A stretch of 63,997 nt of DNA, counting the filler, from Perkinsus olseni (lineage: Eukaryota): NCBI GenBank assembly GCA_013115125.1. It is 18 parts of 18 records of this genome, joined end to end, with 100 filler letters (N's around TTAATTAATTAA, not from the genome) between each part and the next. Parts side by side here need not be neighbours in the genome. Positions count along the whole stretch, not along the records: positions 21,631 to 25,120 come from JABANN010001393.1; positions 25,221 to 28,705 come from JABANN010001394.1; positions 28,806 to 32,279 come from JABANN010001395.1; positions 32,380 to 35,844 come from JABANN010001396.1; 14 more parts are not named here. One strand, written 5' to 3'. Below, in pieces: positions 23,949 through 35,844 of the stretch. Within the stretch, counting starts at the first letter, position 1. Each line of letters begins with the position of its first letter. The notes under the pieces were generated by a model. That model saw only the letters and a list, made by a program, of their open reading frames with translations, ran no database searches and was not told the origin of the DNA. The position numbers and the translations under genes are program-made.

Positions 23949-25120
23949 TCACGATGGCCGGCTTTCTAAGTAGGTTTCCACCGCATATCCGTGCCCACAG
24001 CATCCCCAGTCACGGTACTCCTTACAAGTACAGCTAGGAGGGATCCTCTGACGGCCGAACCCTGTCTGCTGTTGTTGAGGCGAGACTGTGACGAGGTAGT
24101 AACAGCAATATAGTCTCATGACCTCTGCCAAAGTCAAATCACCATCTGAAAAGTAATACAAATTCCCGAAGAGATGTCATTTAGAGACGGACGGTCCGTC
24201 ACGGACCTCCTTCGAGCTCATCCAGCAAAATCCCTCGGAGGAAGACCTGAATAGTCTCTCTCATTTCGGCATCGGTTTGCTGCCCCGGCGAACGGTTATT
24301 CGGGAGCAAGAAATATCGTGTTCCAACGTTGTTTTCCATCATATCAGGTATCATAGCTGTGACCTATAGAAATCGCGTCAAGCAGGAGAGCCTTCTGAGA
24401 CATCAAGCGAGTTAGCACTTACCTCTGCAACGCACCCACGTTGATGGAACTTAGTTCCCCGAAGCTTCATATCGTTCTTGTATTCCACTGCATTGATAGT
24501 TTCTGGCCTCCTCACGTAATGTTGAGGGCTCGATAGTTTGAGCGACGTTACAACCTAGCCGTGATCATGTTCAACACTAGCGAAACCAGTGTACAAGCAG
24601 TCAGAAGAAGTACTTTGCGAATTTTTGCCGCGAAAGCAGGCATGTTTAGCCGCTGACTCCCCATGATCCGTGTATGCGTTTTGTGAAAAGACTCTACGAT
24701 GTTTGTTAGGACCTGACACACCTCAGCGATAGACCTACGAATCGTGTGACACGATTCACAGAAGAACGGAGCTGGCAGACATGTATACAGAATGTGTACT
24801 GCAGACAGTACGCCAGAAAGGAGGTTACTACCTGATTTCCAACAACACCTTCATTCGTTATGGGCCATAACGAATGAAGGTGTTGTTGGAAATCAGCCAT
24901 AACTTATGGCTATATTAGGATAACCATACTGTTCGGTGTCTAAAGCCCTCCTAAGATATTCTCCGCCTCGGGGAGAAACGCCAGTGACGGCGTCGACCAT
25001 GGTGTCGGAGATTAAATCGTACAGGGCATCGGTAGGAGATGCGTGCAAGGGATGTTCACGTTTCGTACACCAAATAGTCGTACATTTTCGACTCATGTCT
25101 CCAATACTCATACATCTTCG
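23949..25120 (-). mobile_element. SWIM-finger-containing MULE-like transposase, spliced, partial and probably disrupted
   Basis: The last exon encodes SCTCKEYRDWGCCGHGYAV (SWIM CxC-x7-CxH). Upstream exon-like segments run to the contig end. Confidence 0.55.
24832..24896. repeat. Perfect 65-bp palindrome (32-bp arms, 1-nt centre)
   Basis: CTGATTTCCAACAACACCTTCATTCGTTATGG-G-CCATAACGAATGAAGGTGTTGTTGGAAATCAG. Confidence 0.97.
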
Positions 25121-25257
25121 NNNNNNNNNNNNNNNNNNNNNNNNNNNNNNNNNNNNNNNNNNNNTTAATTAATTAANNNNNNNNNNNNNNNNNNNNNNNN
25201 NNNNNNNNNNNNNNNNNNNNGGAAACTGTACGGATCAGGCTTGTACGAATGTAATTT

Positions 25258-25959
25258 CTACGAGTTGTCACTGTACTGAACGATCCTCACCGCTACTGGT
25301 GACCAGCCTGATTGCTCCAAGTCTTTCACCGCCTGGCGCTTTATAGTACGAAGTAGTCGTCGACCAGCCTGGGAGAGTAAATCAACAGGGAGAACAACAT
25401 TGATAAGGGATCCAGAAAGCATCTTCCAGATCGGCTCACGACCTTCATGCTCCTCATCACCGATCAACTTGGAAAGAACATAGTAGACCACGTCGGAAGC
25501 GAAGAGACCAAGGACCAAACACTTTGATGGCGGCTCAAGTGATTGACCGGAAAGAGCGGACATAAACCCATCTCGGATAGTAGACCAATCATCTAAAAGG
25601 CACTTCAGGCACTTTTTAGACCCGGGCTTTTCCTCAGACCGAGACCACACATCGATATAGTTGTGCAGCCGATTAGCCATAGTAGTAGCGAGAGAACGAT
25701 AAGGTACATAGGCAGCGACAGCGCTCTCGAAGGTACCATCAATTTCTTCTTGCTCGAAGGAGAGGTCTTCACGGGCTACACGTACAAGATCATCTTGTAG
25801 AGAGGACTCATTGGTAACGCGATCCCAAGCGACGGCAGGGACGAAGGCGGTAGCGAAGAGAAAATCCCATAAAGTTCTAGGGGCGGATCCTGCATCGGGT
25901 ACCTTGTCAGCTGCAGTCCCGGAATCCTGACCTCTAGAACTCAATGCCATGAGCCTCAT
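25258..25959 (-). CDS. Hypothetical protein, 233 aa (may continue by splicing)
   Basis: Long ATG-initiated ORF with globular composition and no recognised motif. Confidence 0.55.
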   Translation of the reverse strand: MRLMALSSRGQDSGTAADKVPDAGSAPRTLWDFLFATAFVPAVAWDRVTNESSLQDDLVRVAREDLSFEQEEIDGTFESAVAAYVPYRSLATTMANRLHNYIDVWSRSEEKPGSKKCLKCLLDDWSTIRDGFMSALSGQSLEPPSKCLVLGLFASDVVYYVLSKLIGDEEHEGREPIWKMLSGSLINVVLPVDLLSQAGRRLLRTIKRQAVKDLEQSGWSPVAVRIVQYSDNS

Positions 25960-27187
25960 GGCATGAGGGATTAGTGGAAATGAAAACTAGTAACCATAAA
26001 CCTTTTTAGTACAGAGCTCAACGGGACTATAGCGTGGGGGCGCTAGGGGGACAGCTCCATAGCACCAGCTTTGTGTGATATGATACGGAATCTCCTGGAC
26101 GGTGACAGCACCTCACACGATGCGGCGAGATCATCACGGACTCTATCGGTTACTACAACAATCGGTTTCTCAGTGTTTCCTCATAGAGTATAACTTGCAA
26201 TTCGTCCACGTTCCAACTGTGCCCACTGGGCATGATGTCTACAAGCTCATACTAAATTTGTGACCGGCTACCTCACCATCCTACTGTAGTGTGCGTCCAG
26301 TCGCTGCACAGGTCATCAGGTATGAGCCTGTCCGAACTCCGGTTCTTGCGATGGATTCCGTGCTCAGCTGGCGCCGTAGCCTGATGCCCTCGAAATCTGC
26401 CCAGCCCGATCTCGACATTTTGCTGAAAATTTTTTCCAGGCACTTGTCGCCAACTCGGCATTATTGTGGGTTTAACCCACTGGGTTATGACTCTGCATTC
26501 TGCTGCTGAGCCTTCTATTCCCGTTTCGTACATTACCATTTACTTGCATACATCCCATTGAGCCTCACTTGTAGAATCTACTTGATAACACATGTCTCGC
26601 TTGGGTTGACACGCGTGTGTTCGAGCGCACTAGAAATGGTTAGAGAACTTCCTACTGGAAACTTCACCGAAATGTTCCTCCGCTACGGACGATCTTTAAG
26701 AAACCCCGGTCTCCTTGTTAAAAACGTGGCCGAAGCAGCCTTCAGGTCTCTCCTGCTGCAGCCGGTAGCGTCGCTGGCTCCTGGATCAGTGTAGCTTTCG
26801 AAAGCAACACGAAACTGAAAGTTCTGCGTCCGGGATAGTCTATCCCGCAAGCAGAACTTCGCACCGCGCACCGATCCCGGGTTGTCCATGAAAATGGTGA
26901 ATCCTGAAAATGGTGAATCGGAAAAAATTACCCGCGAACCCCGATAGTGGTGAAGACACAAGCGCGCGCCACAGGCGGGCTGGGGGAAAAGCCTGACCCG
27001 GGGAGGGGGGAGAAGAAAGACGAGAAGAGAGGAAGAGGAGGGTGCTTGCCACAGGAAAGAAGAAAAGAGGAACAACTCCTCGATATCCGTGCTCTAGACG
27101 AGATTTAGAGCCCTCGACGGGTTGCAGGCTCCTTGTAGACCACATATTCATGAGCCCAACTGCTAGCAACCTCATAACAAGGGTCTG

Positions 27188-27394
27188 TTAACTGGGTGAC
27201 CCATGCGAACATCGATCAGCTGAGTAGCTAGATGTGTCAGCCTGCACTGTCCCCCGGGTGAAGTGGAAACTCAGAATGGCTGCCTTCCCCTTAGAGGCGT
27301 GCAGCGTATATGTCTTATCGATAGGATATCCGAACCCACCGCCGCCATACTGAGCAGCCAAGATGAAGTATAGACGAGCTAGGCGTGCGTTCAT
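27188..27394 (-). pseudogene. Truncated paralog of the secreted protein at 28161
   Basis: GGFGYPIDKTYTLHAS.GKAAILSFHFTR aligns with GGLGFPVDKTYVLYDS..KKAPIQSIRFTR, then similarity stops. Confidence 0.7.
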
Positions 27395-28160
27395 TTAATA
27401 AAGGCAAATTTGAACCTGAATTCTCCACACTCCACATGAGGAGACTATCGCGCCATCACCGTGGGTGACGCAGAGTCGCGTATGGTTTCCCTCAGCACAA
27501 TGTCCCGAGAACGGCGTCCTCTGTGGTCCGTTCTTACAAGCTGTTTTGCGATTCCCAGCATCGAAACGAAGTACGAAACGAGATGTCCCTAGTCCGAATT
27601 CACTGCCGATCGTCGTTGTGCGGAGCCCCGTGGCACGGGCCGTGTCTGCGAGGTACTGTGAGCCCACTGTGGTCAGCACAGAATAGCAAGAACGCACAGA
27701 AGGAGCGCACAAATTCAAGAACGACGTCCTATCGTGCTGCCACCACTGTTATCACCTAAAGACTTTGCGGTGAGGGTTGAAGAATCAGTGCGACCCTTCT
27801 CAACCAATCCTACTTGATGCGAAGTGAGTTCCTAGTCGGATGATAACTCCTGAACGATTCTGCACGCGTCAATCAGACAGGGCTCCCCACAACAAGGATC
27901 GAGCAGGAACACATGCATGGGCATGATAGACACGGCGAGCAGCTTGAGAGAAGGCTGCTCTGGGATGCTTTTCATGGACACAATAGCCGACTGGAACATC
28001 GTCAGTCAATTCAAACCCAGAACACTCTTCCCTGGGCATGCCTCGGAGGAGACCGTACGCGGCTTGGCAATTGGCTAAGAGCGCACAACGTTGTCGGCCT
28101 CGCTGACGGCGCACGGCTTTCTTTCATCAACCGCTTCGTCTTCAACATCGCCGTATATCA

Positions 28161-28610
28161 ATGTACCTGTGCCTAGCTGGTCTGTTCTTCATCTTCGCGG
28201 CTGCTCATTGCGATTCTGATGCCTTCCTTGGTGCGACAGAAAGTTCCAGTGGTGGGCTCGGGTTCCCCGTTGATAAAACATACGTCCTCTACGACTCCCC
28301 TACCAAGAAGGCCCCTATCCAAAGCATCCGGTTCACTCGTGAGCAAGGCGGCGTGGTATACATAACCACTCGCAAAGGCCGTCTACCCAGAGGTGAATAC
28401 GTCTGTGGGTACTATCTCTCTCACAAGGGCGGTGCACCCAGGTATACGTTGAGGCTGGCGAAAGAATGCGATGAGATCGTTAAGGACTCTGATGGTTATT
28501 ACGACGAATATTTTCTCACTGGTTGCAACATCGAGAATGACTACCAGTACCTAAATGTGCGCATCTCTCCCTCTGGGTATGATGTCTACCAGCTGGTTCC
28601 GTCAGACTAA
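28161..28610 (+). CDS. Secreted hypothetical protein, 149 aa
   Basis: Signal peptide MYLCLAGLFFIFAAAHC, single exon, Tyr-rich and beta-strand-like. Confidence 0.8.
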   Translation: MYLCLAGLFFIFAAAHCDSDAFLGATESSSGGLGFPVDKTYVLYDSPTKKAPIQSIRFTREQGGVVYITTRKGRLPRGEYVCGYYLSHKGGAPRYTLRLAKECDEIVKDSDGYYDEYFLTGCNIENDYQYLNVRISPSGYDVYQLVPSD

Positions 28611-28805
28611 GATGTCCGCGGCCGATGAGCCATTCCCTTTACAAGCTCGTCAAGGCGTTAGTCACCAAACTTTTTTTCCGGGATTATAGGGATCATGAGG
28701 GATGCNNNNNNNNNNNNNNNNNNNNNNNNNNNNNNNNNNNNNNNNNNNNTTAATTAATTAANNNNNNNNNNNNNNNNNNNNNNNNNNNNNNNNNNNNNNN
28801 NNNNN

Positions 28806-29384
28806 TTGTAGACAATCTCGGACGTGCGCTAAGAGCTATGGCGTGCGCTAGACATGCGCGTGCTGGTGGCATACCACTGAACTCGAGCTGGAAGCCGTAA
28901 TTCACGTACTTGCCTCCTCCCAACTTCCAGAACACCGGCACCTCATAAAGTAACTCAATGGTGATGCCAGGGATGATCTTGAACTGCAGGGGACTGTGAG
29001 TGAGATTGATTCTCAGTGGAGTTTCACCTTGTCGGACAAGGCTTGTCCGAAAGCTCCGACATCAATAACGTGACGAGTTCTTCTCGACGATATCACGAAC
29101 AGTTCGAAGTTAGCCGGCCACGGCCTCGAGGCCGGACCTGTCGGGGATTGCCAGAGCAACCCCGGGTTGACCAGCGTTACATTCGCCCGAACAAAATAGC
29201 AGTTGACTGTAGGCATGGGCACATCGAATGATGCGTTGATGCAGTCCTTCGGGTCCATGTAAACTGTTTTGAGGATGAACGGCGGGTCGAATATCTGCTC
29301 GTTACCAGCAACCATACCGGAGTCTCTGTAAGCATCGATAGATACCACGAGGATTTGAACCAGTGTGAGCTTGCTGGCAAACAT
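28806..29384 (-). pseudogene. Frameshifted tandem paralog of 30285-31085
   Basis: Colinear with the intact copy 1701 bp away. A 14-bp insertion at 29028-29041 shifts the frame, and the original frame resumes as GETPLRINLTHSPLQFKIIP. Confidence 0.8.
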
Positions 29385-30284
29385 TTGGTATTGATACGCA
29401 CTGATGTAGAAGAGGGAATCGAACAGACGAATGAATGATCCTGACGTCAATGAGCCTCCGTAGACAGGTCTTGATAGCTAAAGGAGTTGCAGCGCACAAG
29501 ACTCGCCATTGCGACAGCCCTGGAGAGCACCATAGTGTTAACCAATATTGCGCGCACTGCATGGCATTCGAGGAGAGGAGAGAATTCCTCATCATAGAGC
29601 CGAGATAACTCATGGTCATCGACCAGGAACAAATCTCCACAGTATACTCAGTGGCCCATCTTGTGCGGAAGGCGAGGCCGTGGCTCGTGTCACACAGGAC
29701 CGCACAAAGTGTGGTTAGTCATTCGAGGTCTTAGCAATGGAGCCTCCAGAGACCAACGGCTGTGCCAAACTGTGCCAAAGAGGTGCATTTGTATGCAGCG
29801 AGGTACGTCGAGCATTCTGTAGTCTCTCCAACTCAGCCCAGTGAAGTCCGACGATGGGTCGAATGGCCCGTCCAGGAAAGCGATGCGTGCGGGGCTTTAG
29901 TTGCGCACAAACCCTGGGTACCGTAGGCTTCGACGATGACAACTCGCGTGATGCGATTCGATTAGAATCATCCTAATCACATCCGCCTACCGTGCGAACC
30001 TACCCTAATTGGTTCTTTGAACTGAGTTACAGCCATGGCCCACGGGTGCGATGCGGAACTATAATTGGACTAACCTCGCTGTTAATGAACACATACTCTC
30101 AAGAATGTAGCGAAATCCATTCTCTACCCGGACGACCGATAAGCGGACATGAGATTCTATGGGAAGAAATTACCATCGTTAGGACCTTGCGAAAAAATCA
30201 AATTACCAATGACTGATGAAGATTCGAGATTCCGAACTTGTGAAGGCTGGCATCGGGCACCGCTCCAACAATATCACGTTGACA

Positions 30285-31085
30285 TCACAGACTCTTAATG
30301 AACAAGGGAAGCTTATTCTTGTACGTGAAGGTGAAGCCCTCCTTCGAGCCAGAGATCTCGAATGACACGTCAGAGTAGAAATTCCAATGGTAAAGAGATA
30401 CTGAGAAGAATCCTGCGAATATCCTTACTGCAGCAGTCAAGTTACCATTGGACCCCTGTGTAACGACCTTGGATAGTAGGTGGTGTGATAGACGAGTCCT
30501 AGGGCTCGTAAAAGCCGTAGCATTCCCAACATTGCGAGGAAGGACAACTGCGCCGAAATGAGGCACGGTGACCGTAGCATTCAAATATACTGGGAACTCG
30601 AGCTGGAAGCCGAAATTTACTTTGCGGCCTCCTCCAAGCTTCCAGATCACCGGCACCTCGTAAAATACCTCAATCGTGAGACCAGGGAGGATCTTGGACT
30701 CCAGGGGACTGTGAGTAAGATTAATTTTCAGGTTAGTTTGGCCTTGTCCGAAAGCTCCGACATCTATAACGTAACCGGTTCTCAGTGACTGAATGACGAA
30801 CAGTTCGAGATTAGCCGGCCACGGCCTCGAGGCCGGACCTGTCGGCGACTGCCAGAGCAATCCCGGGTTGACCAGTGTCGAATTCGCCCGAACGAAATAA
30901 CAGTTGACTGTAGGCATGGGTACATCGAATGATGCGTTGATGCAGTCCGGAGGGTCCATGTAAAGTGTTTTGAGGATGAACGGCGGGTCGGATATCTGCT
31001 CGTTACCAGCAACCATACCAAAGCCTCTGTAAGCATGGATAGATACCACGAGAATTTGAACCAATGTGAGCTGGGTGGCATACAT
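30285..31085 (-). CDS. Putative secreted beta-rich hypothetical protein, 266 aa
   Basis: ATG at 31085 follows a pyrimidine-rich tract ending in AG and begins a hydrophobic leader (MYATQLTLVQILVVSI). It is conserved in the neighbouring paralog. Confidence 0.75.
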   Translation of the reverse strand: MYATQLTLVQILVVSIHAYRGFGMVAGNEQISDPPFILKTLYMDPPDCINASFDVPMPTVNCYFVRANSTLVNPGLLWQSPTGPASRPWPANLELFVIQSLRTGYVIDVGAFGQGQTNLKINLTHSPLESKILPGLTIEVFYEVPVIWKLGGGRKVNFGFQLEFPVYLNATVTVPHFGAVVLPRNVGNATAFTSPRTRLSHHLLSKVVTQGSNGNLTAAVRIFAGFFSVSLYHWNFYSDVSFEISGSKEGFTFTYKNKLPLFIKSL

Positions 31086-32379
31086 CTGGTATTGATATAC
31101 ACTGATGTAGAAAAAGGGGATCGAACAGAAGAATGAGCGATTCTGACGCAAATGAGGCTCAGTGGACGGCTCTTGATAGCTAAAACCTCGCCACGCACAG
31201 CAATCAGATTCATCATTATGGCAACCCTCAGAGGCCCCGTAGTGCTCACCACTACCGCGAGCACTCCTCGCCCTTCAACGGACGAGAAAACTTCTAAGAT
31301 TGAAGCATAGAAGACTCGTGGTCCTCGATCAGGGCCAGATCTCTACAGTATACTTAGCGGCCCATCTTGTGTGGATGTGTGACCGTGTCTCGTGCCTCGC
31401 AGGGCCGCACGAAGTCTGGTTGGCCATGCAAGCTTCTATCAGTAAACCAATAATATAGTGGCAACCGTGACGGTTGCCGCTACGGTTAAAACGTCTGCAG
31501 CGAGATACGAGGCGCATTTTAGAAACTACGGATCTGGTTCATTATAACTCCGCCCAGTGGAGTCCGACGATTATCCAATAGGCCCACCAAGGTGAGCGAT
31601 GCGCACGGGGCTTCAGTTGCGCACAAACCGTAGTTCGTATGCTCGAATGATGATAACTCGCGTACTGTAATTAGAGCCACACTCAAGATGCGACCCATTA
31701 CCGTCAGACGTCTCAACAGGTCATTCACGGCCATATCCGAAAGAGGTGAACCACCGGCCTCCGATGTCTCCGAGCAGGAAGTACCTAGGAACACAACGGT
31801 CGCTCTCATGAGGACTCACACGTGTCTTCTGATGGGGACAAACTACCATAGTCGTGGAGACCCTCTCGCCATCTCAGCAAATGGTTCGCGTCTTCAACAC
31901 ACGATGAGGTTCACGACAGCGTTGATTCAGTTTGATTTTCGATCCTCCCAGAAGCAATGATCACCCCTGGCTCCGCATCGGAGGCTCTCGAGTCGCGGTG
32001 CTTGTGTTGGTTGAGGAACTTCTTCCGCCCTTCGCCAGGACTCTCATCGCACCTACACGAAGATGCGTTTGTCGGGGCGCAGCTATGAATTCGAGGCGGA
32101 AAAAAACTCAAGTCCCTCTCCTCGTTCCCCTTTAGAGCCCCACTGCTGATGAACACAGGCCTACGAGGGCATAACGAAACCTGTTATCTGCCCAGGTGGC
32201 CGATAAGCGGAAACCCATAGACGCTGAGGTTGGGAGAGGCATACGCGAAACCAGAACCCGCGAGAGGGGACACCAGGTGNNNNNNNNNNNNNNNNNNNNN
32301 NNNNNNNNNNNNNNNNNNNNNNNTTAATTAATTAANNNNNNNNNNNNNNNNNNNNNNNNNNNNNNNNNNNNNNNNNNNN

Positions 32380-33331
32380 AATATCGCTGACGATGTCGCG
32401 CACATGGCGACGCATCTTCAGGCCACTCAATGGGCACGTGCCCTGAAAGAGAAAGAAGTATGGTCGTGATATGGGACAACCCTGAGTCCGGGTCCCTGAT
32501 GGTAAGGATTATCACACTTCTCACAGCGATCAATTCCACGCAATACGCAACTACAACGACAAGATGCCCGATAAATGGTTGCTTTACCTGAATGGCCTTT
32601 GGATCCGCAAACAGTGCAGTGAGCTGATGACTGACGATCTCAAATGATCGGTTCAGCACACTACTCTTGAGAGTAAGTGAGATAGCCCACTTATGCACCG
32701 TGCGGTCGGTAGACTGACACGGACACTGCTTATTTGCCGGTGTCTGTGCATCGCAAAGGACGCCAGGACAACGATCCGAAACGACACCATTATGTATCAC
32801 TTCCAATGTAGGGATAAAGAAGTGATACATTTGGTATCGAAGGGAAAGTTCGATAGCCTTCGGGATGTTACCAAACTTTTCATCAGCTTCGATAGGAATG
32901 AGTCTATCTGAAGTGCGAATAAGTTTAGTTCCACCTTCCAACTGTCCGACCACCTCCGGCTCCACAACTGCTACCAAAGACCCTGGGTATATGTCACCCG
33001 TGAACTTCAGCAGCAGCTCACTCTCAGAGCTTGTCCTCGTGATGATAACAACAACCTCACTAGAGAGAAGACATCCGCAGAGAATCCACTTGTGGTAGGA
33101 TTGCTCCACGGACATCTTCTTCAGATTGTTGTTGCCACCACTCTGAACAAGTTGAGAGCGTGTGAAGCGGAGTGGCCTCTCCGGAGCGGCTTTGCAGTGC
33201 AAGATCCGACAAACAAGTTTAGCGTCAGTGGTTCCATCGCGACCGCACGGAGGAAGGTCTGAGGCTGGTATGGTGGCCAGCTCTACAACCTCCTGCATAG
33301 CTTCGGCATCATCAGCACTTAGAATCGACAT
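32380..33331 (-). CDS. Hypothetical protein with Cys cluster (CPGVLCDAQ...CPC); candidate accessory gene of a Helitron-like element
   Basis: ORF of more than 270 codons from ATG 33331, beta-rich with a four-Cys putative Zn site. It is on the same strand and scaffold as the helicase-nuclease ORF. Confidence 0.6.
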
Positions 33332-34187
33332 GTGGGGTGGGGAGGGGTGGGAAACTTGAAAACTTGAAAACTGATGAGTGTAAGGACCCGGGAAACGGTT
33401 GAGCGCAAGACATGGAAGTTATACAGATAGAGGATTCAGGATTGGGATCAGATTCTGAGACTGTGTAATGGGTATGAAGCGTGAATGTGGCGACTCTGAG
33501 TGAAGCAATACTAGTGCCAGGTCGTTGTGATATTAATTCATTGCTACGAAGGTATGCGAGGGATACACGACGGGATTCAGCTCTGTCGGAGCTTAATGTG
33601 GCCGAAGGAAGAAGATGAACTTATACAGAAATCATTAACATTTCGAAGTTTGAAGAGCGCGGAGATTGCTGTAATATTTACAAGTTGCAGAACCAGAATG
33701 CGGCACGATCGAATGCGGGTTCGCAGGCGTAATATAACGGAGCTATAGTGCGGAAGAACTATGCGATTGAGACGTATCGTTTGCAAGTGCTACTATCAGC
33801 GGACACCCACGGAAGACGGCGATTCTTACGACTGTGATAGACCATCGTGTATTCCAACTATCCCCGTATACCAGCTTCATGGCCGAGCATTCTCTACCAA
33901 AGTACCTGAAATCAGAAGACAATAATGCTTCTACCAGCAGGAAAGGGCTGTACCTTCCTCTTATCACCGCTTCATGTCGGCATCGTTCGAGTCGAAAGAC
34001 CAACGACAAGGCGAGAAGCCAGCCTATGAAGACAGCCATATAGCCGGGAAGAAACATGGTGAACGACAAAGACAGCCTGTAAATGACCGAAACGACGAAG
34101 CATGATTGATTGGATGTACTAAACGCAACACTGAGACTTGACACCCCTGACCGGAGACCGAGCTGTATATTGTTTGCAGTATGTGTG

Positions 34188-34237
34188 GCCGGGTTAGCCG
34201 GCACCCCGCTCCGCGGGGACCCCACCGGCAACCCGGC
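34188..34237. repeat. GC-rich nested hairpin
   Basis: Nested stems GCCGGGTT/AACCCGGC, GCCGG/CCGGC and CCCCGC-TCC-GCGGGG in an AT-richer intergenic context. Confidence 0.8.
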
Positions 34238-34582
34238 AGATGAGTAATGAATACATAGTACTTACGATGTCTTCTACAGAGTAATTGTAACTATAACAAC
34301 TCACAAGTCGATGTACTACAGCATTCAAGGCAGCCGATATCACAACTCTCATGAACAAGACTCGATATACGGTATAGGAAGCGCAGTTCCATAGGATCCG
34401 ATGCNNNNNNNNNNNNNNNNNNNNNNNNNNNNNNNNNNNNNNNNNNNNNNNNNNNNNNNNNNNNNNNNNNNNNNNNNNNNNNNNNNNNNNNNNNNNNNNN
34501 NNNNATAAACGTACGACAGATATACATCGAAACCACAGCCACCTATATATATAATGCCCTACAAAGTTGCTATTTACATATC

Positions 34583-35844
34583 CTACAAGTCCCCGCATTG
34601 CACCAGAAAGAGGTCGGGAAAGTCATCACTCAAGTAATGCCTATAAGCAAAGTCCCACGAATCCAGAACTTGTTGAGGGGTGGGACTTTGGTTATTGAGC
34701 GCCCGAGACGTTGCATCCCACGTGTGTTCGACACGCTGTCGGTCTCGTTCATTCCTCTGACTGTACGCCGATTGCCTGAATCCTACGACATACGCGTAAA
34801 CTCCCCAAGGAATCAGGTGCGCGGAGCTGGTGAACCCAGCAGCTTCACCTTCATTGTGTTGGTCTACGCGTCTCGCTAAACGATTGGTCTGACCAATATA
34901 AGAATATGAAGGTCTCTTGGTGGACACGAGGAGATACACGTAGCTCGCGTAGTCATTAGGAATCGGCGTATCACGGGGTCTGAACGGACGAGCGTGGAAT
35001 AGGATTCGCGGGGGACCATTAAAATTCACAACGGCATTCGCAGAAGATAGCCTACCGACCAGGTGGCGGACATACCCGTCCCATTGTGTCGATTGGACAA
35101 GGAGGACCTTAATAGCGTCCATTATATCACGCTTTGGGCCAACAAATATGATGTTATTCATCTCTCTCACTCGAGAGATAATAACGTACAACTGCGACTT
35201 CAGCCAAAGCTTATACGTAGAGTCGTGGACAGATATCTGGGTAGCTACCATCCCTAAGGTATCGCCCATAATCTTATGAATGGTAGAGGCTATGTAGTGC
35301 CTTATGGGATACTGCTCCCTTCTCACTAGCATACTTCCCTCCAACCGTTCAGGAATAGTGAACATCTTAGGCAGTCGAAGTTCATTCCATCCTTGTTGAC
35401 GGAACTCCTGCTCCGTCGGCGGAATAGTCCTTCTGCCTGGGGGAGCTACCCATAAACCTACTGATCCTCCATCAACGGGAAGTTCCCGAACTACGCAAAG
35501 CTGACTCTGATGGAAGAGCCTTCTGGTCGGAGAATCGTTACAAGTGAATCGCATCACTGCTCCAACATACAGAGTTATACTCTGAGGCGTCTGGAGCTTG
35601 CGATTCATCTTTTTCACTAGCCTTTCCTGCAACAATGCGGACCAGACATGCCCTCCATCCAGCGTATACTGGTCAAGAGAGTTGACTACAACCTTGACTA
35701 TCCTTGGGTCAGCCATGATATGATCGAGCTGTCGTTGGATGGCACCATACTCCGCTTTATGGCGACCAAATATTTGCAACGCTTCCGGTGGCACTTGATC
35801 CCAATTGTCCTTAAACTGGCATCGTTGGTCGATGAGCTCTTGTA
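34583..35844 (-). mobile_element. PIF1/RecD-like SF1 helicase C-terminus fused to a GIY-YIG endonuclease (Helitron-like), 5'-partial
   Basis: LYVGAVMRFTCN, RREQYPIRHYIASTIHKIMGDTL and QLYVIISRVR (PIF1 C-terminal motifs), then YVYLLVS..YSYIGQTNRLARRVDQHNEG (GIY-YIG). The frame is open to the contig end. Confidence 0.85.
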
